Source of the DNA: Octopus sinensis
Lineage: Eukaryota
Reading direction: 5' to 3'
Assembly: GCF_006345805.1 (NCBI RefSeq)
Contig: NC_043022.1
Location: 2,914,001 to 2,978,000 of the forward strand
DNA length: 64,000 nucleotides
Part shown: positions 1-11,919 of the stretch, piece after piece
How the letters are laid out: every line of letters starts with the position of its first letter
How positions within the stretch are numbered: position 1 is the stretch's first letter
The notes under the pieces: model-generated
The model's input: only the letters and a program-made list of their open reading frames with translations
Database searches by the model: none
What the model was told of the DNA's origin: nothing
Made by a program: the position numbers and the translations under genes

Positions 1-757
1 TATGTATATATATATATATATGTATAATATATGATGTATATATATATATATATGTATAATATATATGTATATAATATATATATGTATATATATATGTATA
101 TATATATATATGTTTATATATATGTATATATATATATATATATATGTATATAATATGTATATATATATATATAGTGTATATATATATATAATATATATGT
201 GTATATATATATATGTATATATATGTGTATATATATATGTGTATATATATATATGTTATATATGTGTATATATATATGTATATATATATGTGTGTATATA
301 TATATATGTGTATATATATATGTATATATATATATGTGTATATATATATGTATATATATATATGTGTATATATATATGGTATATATATATGTATATATAT
401 ATATATGTGTATATATATATATATGTGTGTATATATATATGTGTATATATATATGTATATATTATATGTTGTATATCTATATATGTATATATATATATGT
501 GTATATATATATATGTGTATATATATATGTATATATATATATGTATATATATATATGTATATATATATATGTATATATATATGTATATATATATATGATA
601 TATATATATGTTATATATATAGTATATATATATATGTATATACTATATGTATATATATATATGTTATATATATATGTATTATATATATATGTTATATATA
701 TGTATATATATAATTGTACGTATATATATGTACGTATATATATATGTATATATTATG

Positions 758-792
<35 letters not shown>

Positions 793-819
793 GTAGTACT
801 ATATATGCATATATATATG

Positions 820-856
<37 letters not shown>

Positions 857-1090
857 GTATGCATATATATATGTATATATATATGTATATATATATGTAA
901 TATATATGTATATATATGTGTATATATATATGTGTGTATATATATATGTAATATATATATATATGTGGTGTGTATATATATGTTGTTGATGTATATATAT
1001 GTATATGTATATATATATATGTGTATATATATGTGTGTATATATATATATGTGTGTATATATATATATGTGTATATATGTATAGATATAT
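1..1090. repeat. Complex (TA)n/(TATG)n microsatellite tract
   Basis: ~1.1 kb made almost entirely of TA dinucleotides interrupted by TG/GT; source of the Y/I/M/C/V-rich ORFs in the track. Confidence 0.97.
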
Positions 1091-1149
1091 GTATATCATC
1101 ATCATCATCATCATTTAGCGTCCGTTTGATGATGATGATGATGATATAC

Positions 1150-1180
<31 letters not shown>

Positions 1181-1517
1181 CATATATATATATATGTGTA
1201 TATATATATGTAAATATATATATGTATGTATATATATATATATATGGATCAAAACAGTTTGATTGAAAGTCGTTGGTACTCCTGATTTTCAAGCATGATG
1301 TTAGTCATCAGCCATTTTGAATGCGAATGACAGAAGTGATTGTTGTGACCATGAGGTGGGCTGTGACTGATCGAGGATGGTCACATGGTATTGTGGTCTG
1401 ATGTTGGTGTATGGATAACTGTTAGTTGGAAAATACTACATGGCCAACAAGAAATTGATCATGTGGTGGACATGGGTCCATTTCTGGTCTATATATATAT
1501 TCACATCCCTGTAATAT

Positions 1518-1898
1518 ACTCTTTTACTTGTTTCAGTCATTTGACTGCGGCCATGCTGGAGCACCGACTTTAACTGAGCAAGTCGACCCCGGGACGTATT
1601 CTATCGGTCTCTTTTGCCGAGCCGCGAAGTGACGGGGACGTGAACACACCAGCATCGGTTGTCAAGCAATGCTAGGGGGACAAACACAGACACACGAACA
1701 CACACACACACACATACATATATATACATATATACGACAGGCTTCTTTCAGTTTCCGTCTACCAAATCCACTCACAAGGCATTGGTCGGCCTGGGGCTAT
1801 AGCAGAAGACACTTGCTCAAGATGCCACGCAGTGGGACTGAACCCGGAACCATGTGGCTGGTTAGCAAGCTACTTACCACACAGCCACTCCTGCGCCT
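1518..1898 (-). mobile_element. Family A tRNA-derived SINE, full length
   Basis: Minus strand reads AGGCGCAGGAGTGGCTGTGTGGT (A-box-like)...GGTTCAGTCCC (B-box-like)...internal (TA)/(TG) microsatellite...GTCAAATGACTGAAACAAGTAAAAGAG tail; same layout in >20 copies in this window. Confidence 0.9.
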
Positions 1899-1928
1899 AT
1901 GTTGGTGTATGAATATATACATATTCTT

Positions 1929-2301
1929 TTATTCTTTTACTTGTTTCAGTCACTTGACTGCGGCCATGCTGGAGCACCACCTTTAAGTTGAGCAAATTCA
2001 TCCCAGGACTTATTCTTTGTAAGCCTAGTACTTATTCTGTTGGTGTCTTTTGCCGAACCGCTAAGTTATGGGGACGTAAACACATCAGCATTGGTTGTCA
2101 AGTGATGTTGTGTGGACAAACATACACACACACACATACAATGGGCTTCTTTCAGTTTCCATTTACCAAATCCACTAACAAGGCTTTTGTTGACCCAAGG
2201 CTATAGTAGAAGACACTTTCCCAAAGTGCCTTGCAGTGGGACTGAACTCGGAACCATATGGTTGGTGAGTAAGCTACTTACCACACAGCCACTCCTGCAC
2301 C
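1929..2301 (-). mobile_element. Family A SINE, diverged full-length copy in tandem with the previous one
   Basis: Same head/body/tail order as 1518-1898 with substitutions. Confidence 0.88.
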
Positions 2302-2315
2302 CATATATATATGTT

Positions 2316-2587
2316 TTTGTTGTTTCAGTCATTTGACTATGCCCATGTTGGAGCACCACCTTGAGGGGTTTTTAGTTGAACAAATTGTCCCCAGGACTTT
2401 TTCTTTACAAACCTAGTACTTATTCTATCATCTCTTTTGCTGAACCACTAAGTTAAACACCCACTAAAGAGACCGATTGAATAAGTACTAGGCTTACAAA
2501 GGATAAGTCCTGGGGTCAATTTGTTTGACTCAAGGCGTGCTCCAGCATGGCTGCAGTCAAATGACTGAAACAAGTAAAAGAGTAAAA
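2316..2587. repeat. Two family A SINE 3' halves in inverted orientation
   Basis: Minus-strand tail at ~2316-2455 is followed by plus-strand tail at ~2465-2587; arms are imperfect reverse complements. Confidence 0.8.
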
Positions 2588-2741
2588 GTGAATTATATAA
2601 ATAGTGGTTAAAACATTTTCTATATTGTAGAAAGTGAACCCAATTTATTGCGCATAAATTTTAAAAACAAAATGTGATATGGGTCCCGAAGGGTGATGAG
2701 GATCCTGGCGGAGACCCTCAGGTTTTGAATGTCTTTGTTGG

Positions 2742-3080
2742 TTAGTTAGTTAGTCAGTTAGTTAGTTAATTAGTTAATTTGGCTCAAAAACAAATAGCAA
2801 GGCCATGTAGGGGGACATGGAGTTAAGTACAGGGAGGGTGTTCATGTAAAGAGTTCAGGCCACTTGAGGTCAAGGGAGGCTTTGAACAAAGCGGTCGTCG
2901 GCATCTTCACCATCTCGTCTGGCAGCTTGTTCCACGGATCCGCAACCCGGACAGAGAAAGCTCCTCTCCTTCGATTGAGATGAAATCGTCGCAGGTAGAG
3001 CTTTTCGGAATGACCCCGCAGCCGACGCTCTGGAGCAGGAGTGAAGAACAGCTCTTTCGAGAGGTTGTCTTGCTGGTTCA
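2742..3080 (-). mobile_element. CR1-type LINE 3' fragment (ORF2 C-terminus plus (TAAC)n tail)
   Basis: Minus ORF 2842-3117 ends ...RLRGHSEKLYLRRFHLNRRRGAFSVRVADPWNKLPDEMV...ALFKASLDLKW, typical of the CR1 ORF2 C-terminus; (GTTA)n run at 2742-2778 on plus is the tail. Confidence 0.85.
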
Positions 3081-3159
3081 TTTGCAGAATCCTTGTCGAG
3101 TATCTTTGATGAAACACATCCAGCTTTCTGATTATTTTCTCAGTTGTTCTTCAACTGTT

Positions 3160-3600
3160 GGTGGAACCAGGCAAATTTGGAAAATGATAGAGCAAAAGGT
3201 GCCAAACTTTGGTATCAAAACCTACCACTCACTGCGCCACGGAAGACGCTGCCAGCTACCACCAATCAACAAAAAGGCTGGCCAGGCAGCAAAAACCCTG
3301 CGAGAGTCAAGTCTGTTGGTTCGAGGAGCACAACTTTTCAACTCCATTCCGTACATGTCAGAAATCTATCAGGATGCAGTGTGGAATCATTCAAATTGCA
3401 GCTGATAGATACTTAAGCACCATTAGAGATGAACCCCATCTCCCAGGATATACACAACGAGCACAAACTGACTCAAACTCACTCCTACACATGTCAAAAA
3501 TTAAACAGAGAATACAACCTGGCAACCACACCAGACTCTGAGGGTGGAGTCTTCGACTTGGCCTGAGCATGGACTCAAACTCAAATGAAATGAAATGAAA
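3160..3600 (+). mobile_element. CR1/L2-group LINE 3' fragment, frameshifted
   Basis: IWKMIEQKVPNFGI...RHGRRC...ESSLLVRGAQLFNSIP then VRNLSGCSVESFKLQL and DRYLSTIRDEPHLPGY...SNSL across three frames; (AAATG)n tail at ~3582-3600. Confidence 0.82.
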
Positions 3601-4067
3601 TATGGAGCCATTTTGCTGGACAAAGAGTTCATTAAAGCAGTCGTTAGAGAGAGAGAAACCAGTGAAAGAACACATCACTTTATTCATAATACTTGAATAC
3701 ACTGGAGTTGATTTATTTGACTATGGTCCTCTGTTCTTGTTACTTCCCTTCTCTTCTTATGTGACAACCACCAGCAGCAGCAGCAGTCATTGGTCTTCTG
3801 CCCAACTAAAAAGAAATCTTTATCAATAAACATGGTTCTATTTACTCAGAACTCAAAAACTGCTTAATCAATTTCTGTGGAATTTTTTGTGAAGATGTTT
3901 AATTTGTGTTTGTCATGTCACATTATGTCTGATAATAAAGTTGAAATTTTGTTGTTTTGTGCTTGTCACACTTTGATGTATAACTTCAGATAATGGGCAA
4001 GGCCAAACATGGTAGACTCTTCTTCATTCCTCAGAAGACCTTAATTTATTAACCCTTTAGTATTTAA

Positions 4068-4284
4068 CCCTTTCGTTACCAACCCGGCTGAAACAGGCTC
4101 TGAGTACAAATGTCTTGTTTTCATAAGTTTTGAATTAAAAATCTTCTACCAAACTTTAGTCACAATTTACGTTCCTAACACTAGCTTAATGATAACTAAG
4201 TTATTTTACTAAATTCTTTGTTATATTTAAAATGAATTGAAAGAAAACACAGAGCATCTCAACAGAAATATGGTAACAAAAGGG
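4068..4284. mobile_element. Type B TTAA-flanked MITE, single-unit form
   Basis: TTAA|CCCTTTCGTTAC...GTAACAAAAGGG|TTAA terminal inverted repeats. Confidence 0.82.
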
Positions 4285-4369
4285 TTAAAGACAGTCACTC
4301 AAATGTGTCTTCAGTTTGCACAAGATTTGGCTGCTATTTCTAACAAGTCAAACAAAATCTGCAAATTTA

Positions 4370-4757
4370 CCCTTTCGATACCAACCCGGCTGAAACCACC
4401 TTTGGCTCTGTAGTACAAATGTTTTGCTTTCATAAGTTCTGAATTAAAACCTTCCGCCAAACCTTAGTCACAATTTATGTTCCTAACACTAGCTTAATGA
4501 TAACGAAGTTATTTTACTAAATTCTTTGTTATATTTAAAATTAATTGAAAGAAACAGAGCATCTCAACAGAAATAGGGTAACAAATGTCCTGTTTTCATA
4601 AGTTTTGAATTAAAATCTTCCACCAAACTTTAGTCACAATTTACGTTCCTAACACTAGCTTAATGATAATTAAGTTATTTTACTAAATTCTTTGTTATAT
4701 TTCAAATCGATTGAAAGAAACACAGAACATCTCAAAATAAATGCAGTAACGAATGGG
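4370..4757. mobile_element. Type B MITE with internal ~165-bp tandem duplication
   Basis: CCCTTTCGATACC start, GTAACGAATGGG|TTAA end; internal block TTTCATAAGTT...GAGCATCTCAA occurs twice. Confidence 0.78.
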
Positions 4758-4916
4758 TTAAACTTACCACCTCTGGCTAAAATATTCTGCCTCTTTTATG
4801 TTCAAACTAGACTGATCCAATCTCTCACACCTACTCTACAATGTTATAACAAAAATAAAAGAATCACATCATGGAAACCTCAAAGATATGAGATAATGCA
4901 TGATTTCTTCAAGACA

Positions 4917-5130
4917 ATCATCATCATCATCATCATCATTTAACATCAATTGTCCATGTTGGCATGGGTTGGACGATGTTACCAGAGCTGGCAAGCTGAA
5001 GAGCTGTACCAAACTCCGGTCTGATTTGGCAGGATCTCTACAGCTGGATGCCCTTCTTAACACCAACCACTTTACATGTGTTGCTGCAAGGGCGCTTTTA
5101 CATGGCTCCGCATGGTGCTTTTATATGGCA
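4917..5130 (-). mobile_element. Family C SINE-like element ((GAT)n tail), diverged
   Basis: (CAT)n + TTTAAC...CCATG...GCATGGGTTGGAC...GCTGGATGCCCTTC...CCAACCAC matches other family C copies. Confidence 0.75.
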
Positions 5131-5137
5131 CCTTTAT

Positions 5138-5705
5138 CTTTATTTTATTTTATTTTATTTTATCTAGTTTCAGCTCACGAGCTGTGGCCATGCTGGGGCA
5201 CCACCATTTGTTGTTGCTACATGATTTTACTTCACGAATGCTTTTTAGCAATTGCCATTTGGTGCATGAGAGAGTTCGATGCAGCTGCTCTCATCTGCAC
5301 CTCCTGCCGTGAAGTTGGTTCATCTGGGACACCTGACAGGAAGAGATCCAGTTTTATTTTAAAGACATCTGCATCCACCCCATGCAGGTCTCTCAGGTCC
5401 TTCGGAAGGATATTGAAGAGCTGTGGGCCTCTGAAGCTCAGGCTATCACAGTATCTTGTCCTACATCTTGATGGCAAATTTGGAGTCCTTGGCACTATGC
5501 AGTGGCGCCCAGTTCTAGTATTTGTGTAACTCTCGATGCCAAAGTTTGGGACAAGTCCTTCTAGGATCTTCCAGATGTATATTATGGCATATTTTTCTTG
5601 CCTACACTCTAAGGAATAGAGTCTTAATCTCTTGAGTCTTTCCCAGTAGCTTATATGCTGCACAGAGGCTATCTTCTTTGTGTAGCTTCGTTGGATCGCC
5701 ATCAC
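5138..5705 (-). mobile_element. CR1/L2-group LINE 3' fragment (157-aa open ORF2 C-terminus)
   Basis: QRSYTKKI...SYWERLKRLRLYSLECRQEKYAIIYIWKILEGLVPNFG...SLSFRGPQLFNILPKDLRD...FKIKLDLFLSGVPDEP; (ATAAA)n tail at 5138-5163. Confidence 0.88.
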
Positions 5706-6019
5706 AAATGCTTTAAAAAATGTTAATAAATAAGCATTATATTTGATGGAGTAATCTGAATGCTAAAGGATTAAATTCATTGCGAGACATGTTAGCACTA
5801 TTTTGTTGTGGTGACACAGCACAGTCGTGCTATGCCCATTTCACCCAATTACTGCTGGCTGCAGAAGGATACACATGGAAACTTCTGCCCAACAGAGAAG
5901 TGCACCGTTTTTGAGGCACAAAAGGGAGCTGCTGACAGAACATTGAGATGGCACCACCAGTTGCTGACTGAACGTCCAGATGACAAGACACGTTACTGAC
6001 TTAAAGCCAGTTAGTAAAC

Positions 6020-6690
6020 ATCATAATGATAATAATAATAATGAAATTATTGTATACAGTGCTCAGGTGCACCACAACTTGTCAGAAAGTGCATATAAAG
6101 TATATGCAGTAATGTAGAAATGTCTGGAAAGCGAACAATGTATGAGTCAGATACATGCTTGTGTGTGTATGGAGGGGAGAAAATCAAGTGTAGTGTTGGC
6201 AAATCTCAGGAAGCATGGAAGTTTTGAAGGATGCAGTGCTCCGACAACTAACAACTGATGCCGGCAGTTTGTTCCATGCTTCAGCAACTCTTAGCGTGAA
6301 AAAATGTTTCCTGAAGTCATGGGAGCTGTGCTGTTTTCTGACTTTGTAAATATGTCCACGGGTGGAGTTTGAAAAGGTGCTCAGAGTTATTGTTTGTGCG
6401 ATGGTTGATAATTATATGGGTGTCTGCCAAGTCAGCTGCCAGACGTCGGAGTTTCAATGTGTCCATGCCCAGGGAAGTAAGGCGTTCAGGATATGGCAAA
6501 TGCCTGATGGAGGATATTCTTTTGGTTGCACGTCGCTGAACAGCTTCCAGACGATTGATATCCTGGGCAAGATAGGGATTCCAGACCGGTGATGTAAGTT
6601 CCAGGTGAGGTCTTACCATAGCTATATAAAGCTGCAGATAGATAGTCGGAGAGTGGCTCACAAAGGATTTGGCATCTTTACTGTTATGGG
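6020..6690 (-). mobile_element. CR1-type LINE 3' fragment
   Basis: LYIAMVRPHLE...PVWNPYLAQDINRLEAVQRRATKRI...LPYPERLTSLGMDTLKLRRL is the hallmark CR1 post-RT region; simple (ATT)-type tail at ~6022-6042. Confidence 0.9.
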
Positions 6691-7117
6691 ATTTCTACCT
6701 CGCTTCGCAACTAAGCTACCCAACTCATTGGAACTTTTGCATCAGTTTACACCTTGCAGCTCTTAAGTACCGAATCTAACTACCTTGGAAAGTTATGGGA
6801 GAATTAACTTGTGTTTCATACTACACCCTGTTTACCATTAATTACCTTGTGATATGCTTTCTACTGTGAAATGTGTGAACTACCATCAAGGAATAAATTG
6901 TTTTATTTGATCTCATGAAAGAAACATGTCTTCTTATATTTTTTACATCCATGTAAAATACATATATTGGAACCCTTAGATGCATACAATAAAATATACT
7001 TTCTAAAAACTCTTCTAATGCTATGGTCTAATTATTGTTGAAGCAAACAATCACTATTTTTCTCATATCTAATAAATTACCCTGTTTTCATACACATCAC
7101 CACTTTTTCTTTCTCAC

Positions 7118-7499
7118 CTACAAACATGTAGCTACCATTAGTGTCTCTCTTCCATTACCCTCTCTCATTACACCCTGCCTTTACTGTGTGTTTTTGTTGC
7201 TCTTTCAGTACTGTTTCTCCCACTTGTCTCCCTTCCCACACTATCACATTAGTCCCTCTGTCTCCTCTATTTCATACACTCTCTTCTTTCTCTCTCTTAA
7301 TCATCTTCTACAAACATGTAGCTACCATTAGTGTCTCTCTTCCATTACCCTCTCTCATTACACCCTGCCTTTACTGTGTGTTTTTGTTGCTCTTTCAGTA
7401 CTGTTTCTCCCACTTGTCTCCCTTCCCACACTATCACATTAGTCCCTCTGTCTCCTCTATTTCATACACTCTCTTCTTTCTCTCTCTTAATCATCTTCT
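7118..7499. repeat. Perfect tandem duplication, 2 x 190 bp
   Basis: CTACAAACATGTAGCTACC... starts at 7118 and at 7308; I see no differences between the copies. Confidence 0.93.
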
Positions 7500-8021
7500 G
7501 CAAACAGCCTCACTCTTACACTATTGATCATGTTGCCTGGAGTGAATAGAAATAAAAATACAGCAGTAAAGACTCCTCTGTCCTGCAGGAACAAGCACTG
7601 CAATAAAATGCATTCAGTACATTTAGTAAGGTTGCTAGCAAGTGAACAGAGACATTGTCAGGTTTGAAAACCAATATGTGCAGTTTTGTCAAAGATAGGG
7701 TAACCTCACTAGTGCTGGTGCCACAATAAAATGTACCCAATTTATCATGAGAAGTAATGGGATAAGAGGAACTTTCGGTCTTGTCAGAAACATGGCTACT
7801 CCTCTAGAGTTGGTGCCATGATAGAATTAACCCAGTACAGCCTGTCAAATGGTTGATGATTGAAAAGGCAATCAAGTGTATGCTAGAAGAAAAGGTGTGA
7901 GTAAGAGGCAGGCCCCTAACTTTGTCCATGATGACAGTTACTCCAAATATGACCTGATTTAGACCGTCAAACCCCCGTAAACCCACACCAGTAGATGTAA
8001 GTTGATGATGTTGTCCATATT

Positions 8022-8251
8022 GGCGGCGAGCTAGCAGAAACGTTAGCACGCCGGCGAAATGCTTAGCGGTATTTCGTCTGCCGTTACGTTCTGAGTTCAA
8101 ATTCTGCCAAGGTCGACTTTGCCTTTCATCCTTTCGGGGTCGATTAAATAAGTACCAGTTACGCACTGGGGTCGATATAATCGACTTAATCCATTTGTCT
8201 GTCCTTGTTTGTCCTCTCTGTGTTTAGCTCCTTGTGGGTAGTAAAGAAATA
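8022..8251 (+). mobile_element. Family B tRNA-headed SINE with 17-bp target-site duplication
   Basis: GGCGGCGAGCTAGCAGAAACGTTAGC...GAGTTCAAATTC...GTCGACTTTGCCTTTCATCCTTTCGGGGTCGAT...AAAGAAATA; GATGTTGTCCATATTGG at 8007-8023 and 8252-8268. Confidence 0.9.
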
Positions 8252-8989
8252 GATGTTGTCCATATTGGATGGCTTTTCTCTAGAAATCTCTCACAGGAAC
8301 TGTAGATTTTTTTTTACCTCAATTTGGTTATGGTCCAAAGGAAGGGACCTTGCTTTTGGTCCAATAAGATATGAAATGGAGGATGCTACTAGAATAGTGA
8401 GATGAACTTCTTTTACACCTCAAATGATAACAAGAAAACGTGGAAGGTTGGTGAGTATAGCTAAGATCAGAAAATTAATAAGTGAGATGTGTGTGTGGTG
8501 TGTGTGTGAACAGAAGAGAGGAAGCGAGGGGAGAGAAAGGGGAGAGGGGGGGGAGAGAAAGACGGGAGAAAAGGAATGAGAAATAGAGAGAGAGAGAGAG
8601 ACCGTGTAATTAAAGAATTTAATGAACTAAGCAAAACCTGTCTACTACAATCTGTGGAATAGGAATATAGTCAGGTGGAAAATAAAAAAAACGATATCTG
8701 TCACATGATCCCTGAACAACTTTTTTGAGATTTGTTTTTATTCTCGATTGTTCAATGCAATAAAAATGTTTTAATCATTTAATAATCTTTGCGTGGCATT
8801 GAGTAAACAGTTGCTAGACAAGTCGGATTCTTCAGCCAGCCAGCCCTTCGGTTCTGTGAACATAAAACGGAGGTGTAATTTTCAGAACTATTTAAAATAT
8901 GTTACAGAAAATGCATAATGATTACAGCATCTGTCTGAAATTATATGCAGTCGATGATGACAAAAGGGGAAAAAAGTAGAAATGCCAAG

Positions 8990-10130
8990 ACGATTGTGAA
9001 GGGGAGAGGCAAAAAAAAAAAAAAGCCTCGCCGGGTAGGAACCAAAGTTTGTAAAGCTCTGAAACTATTATAGAAGAAGCAGAAAAACCCCCAGCTTTAT
9101 TGATATGAGTTAGCTTTTGTATTGTTGTAGCGATTGCTTTCGTTGGTGCTTGTTATTGTTGCAGTTATTGTTTGCAACGACGACGATAAAACCAGGAAGT
9201 GCTGTGCTTTTTTTTGCCGTAAATGATGGAATAAGTACAAAAAGACAATTGTAAAGTTCAGACAACCTTGCGCTCGGCGAGGGTCACATCCGGTGACGTC
9301 ATACATCCCGAACCTTTTCCAAGGTTTCCACTCATCCGTTGCTTTTTTCTCTCCTAATATGTAATGCCGAAATGCCATCTTGTCGTTTGTCGCAGCTAGT
9401 ATGCTAGTGGAGTGGAACCGAGCGATCTTTCACTCTGAGCCGAGCCCGGAAAGCCAAGGCTGGTGTCTTTTTGTATGAACCGTTTCTGTTGGCAGCCACG
9501 GCGCATGCCTCAGGCTGCCATATTGAACGAGAAAAGCCATTCGGAATAAGCGAAAAAAAGGCGAATTAGGATAAATAAAATGTCCGAATCGAGACGATTT
9601 CCTCTCTCAGCTTGACATTACCTCGTCGGGTAAGTAGCATAAGGCTTCGTTGTTTCATTCTACATAAATTTAAGCTGCATATATTAGTAAATAGCACCAT
9701 AAATGTCGATTTCTCGGCGATGGTGTGTGAGTGTCGGAGCACACCACACTGACGACACAGGCCGAGCAAAGCAGTGGTCGGTCGTCTTAATCAAACCATA
9801 TCCGATCTATTCCACACATAAACCTTCGACAACAATGCCCAACCGAACGCAAAATGCTCAATATTCCTACGTATGCGACTTCCAGACATTCCAGGAATCC
9901 ACAATGGAAAATAACCGCATCGCATTCCTGACTGTTTGTGTCTCTTTCTCTCCCGAACCCGACATCACAACACATTCGCCTGGCTTTTCATTTCCCTTCC
10001 ACACTTCGCCCCTCTTTTATCTTCCATCCCTTATTCCGTATATTTCCGTAAACCAACTCCTTCCTATAGATTTAATTCCACATTTCCCTGCCTAATCCAC
10101 CGCTCCATCGTCTTCAAATCTCTCAGCCAA
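8990..10130. promoter_or_regulatory. CpG-enriched unique region, putative promoter/first-exon region
   Basis: Repeat-free and CpG-rich relative to the window; TGACGTCA (CRE) 9294-9301 next to ETS-like CCGGATGT (minus), YY1-like GCCATCTTG 9374 and GCCATATTG 9517, NRF1-like GCGCATGCC 9501, plus-strand donor-like CGG|GTAAGT at 9630. Confidence 0.5.
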
Positions 10131-10709
10131 CCTCGTCCATGTATATATATATATATATATATATACACACCATATATACACCAAGGCGCCTTCACAAAAT
10201 GAGGCGATCTCTCTCTCTCTCTCTCTCTCTCATGTCAGAAAAATTATAGGTCACATTTTTTCCTACACCTCTTCTCGCTCAGTACTTCTTATTTTTACAT
10301 TATTCTCCACCTACAAACCCCCAAAAAACCCCCAAAACCTTCCAACCAAATTCCATTTTCAAAAGACTTCTCCACAATTCCATCTTCTCCACACTTAAAA
10401 CTGTCATCACCCTTAAATCTTCATTTTACTTTTTCCTTCATCTAAAATACCTTCCTTGTATATATATATATAATTTCTATTTTTTCTCTCTCCTCTTGGT
10501 CGCTGGCTTTCTTTCTACACACACAATATCTTGCTTGCTTTATATTAAGTTCTTATTATATATATGGCAGTTTAATCACCTGGAAAATTTTCTAGCATCA
10601 AATCATTGGATTTCTACAAACTATATTTTGTTCAGCTTTTGACCATTTTTGCAATTAATCACACACACAAAACACACAGCAACATTTAAAAATCAACAGC
10701 AGAAGCTAT

Positions 10710-10729
10710 AATGTACAATATATATATAC

Positions 10730-10766
<37 letters not shown>

Positions 10767-10803
10767 CGATCAGTGTGTATATGTAATGTGCATATATATA
10801 TTT

Positions 10804-10837
<34 letters not shown>

Positions 10838-11081
10838 CATACACATATATATATACACATATACATATATTATATATACATATATATACATATATATATA
10901 CACACATATATATACACATGTATATACATATATATATATACATATATATACACACATATATATACACATATGTATATACATATGTATATACATATATATA
11001 CATATATATATACATATATATATACACACATATATATATACATATATATACACATATATATGTCACTATATATACATATAA

Positions 11082-11136
<55 letters not shown>

Positions 11137-11442
11137 CACACACACAATCACATACATACATTTATATTCATACATGCATATGTAGATAATGACGGTTGTA
11201 TAATGGTGGGGGGGGAGGGGGCGATCATGATGATGATAATGGTAATAATGGTCTGGGCATTATTATTATTATTATTATTTCGTGTTTGTTATGGCTTTTA
11301 TCATATATTAATGAACGTGTGGTGTACATCTCTGCTTTTTTATTTATCATCTTATCCCGACCCACTTTTTTTCATTAACATCAATGGACGGGGTCGAGAA
11401 ATATTGTCCAGTCTGTCTACCATATATTCACTGCTGCACACA

Positions 11443-11500
<58 letters not shown>

Positions 11501-11879
11501 ATAGTGTGGGCATAGTTTGGTATACACAATGTGTCTGTACATAAACTTTATATATGTATATAGTGTGCGATCAGTGTGTATATGTAATGTGTATGTATAT
11601 ATATATATGTATATAGTGTGCGATCAGTGTGTATATGTAATGTGTTGTATATATATAATGTATATAGTGTGCGATCAGTGTGTATATGTAATACATATAT
11701 ATATCAACACATATATATACACATGTATATACATATAGATATATAATATATATACACACATATATTACACATATGTATATACATATGTATATACATATAT
11801 ATACATATCTATATACATATATATAACACACATATATATATACATATATATACACATATATGTTCTATATATATACAAC

Positions 11880-11919
<40 letters not shown>

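Larger units (their letters stand above)
4053..5770. mobile_element. Type A TTAA-flanked (piggyBac-like) MITE expanded by nested insertions
   Basis: Left end TTAA|CCCTTTAGTATT at 4049-4064, internal part resumes at ~4762-4916, right end AATGCTAAAGGA|TTAA at 5759-5774; intact ~220-bp relatives at 23101 and 47054. Confidence 0.7.

Noticed and set aside
65-1292. Long Y/I/M/C/V-rich ORFs (also at 10.7-12.7, 19, 29 and 30 kb)
   Set aside because: Translations of (TA)/(TG) microsatellites, which lack stop codons by composition
1669-2336. Recurrent ORFs such as ASFSFRLPNPLTR...GTEPGTMWL and CGHAGAPP
   Set aside because: Translations of family A SINE copies that recur across the window
3602-3829. 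Terminal exon candidates (minus ...WAEDQ*; plus 75-aa ORF)
   Set aside because: Several frames are equally plausible and none is recognisable or linkable
5790-6010. Minus-strand exon after a TACTAAC-like branch site
   Set aside because: Two open frames, neither recognisable, and it lies between LINE fragments
9097-9378. 93-aa minus ORF MAFRHYILGEKK... as a CDS
   Set aside because: No recognisable homology and only a weak donor; it overlaps promoter-like motifs, so it is reported within the regulatory region
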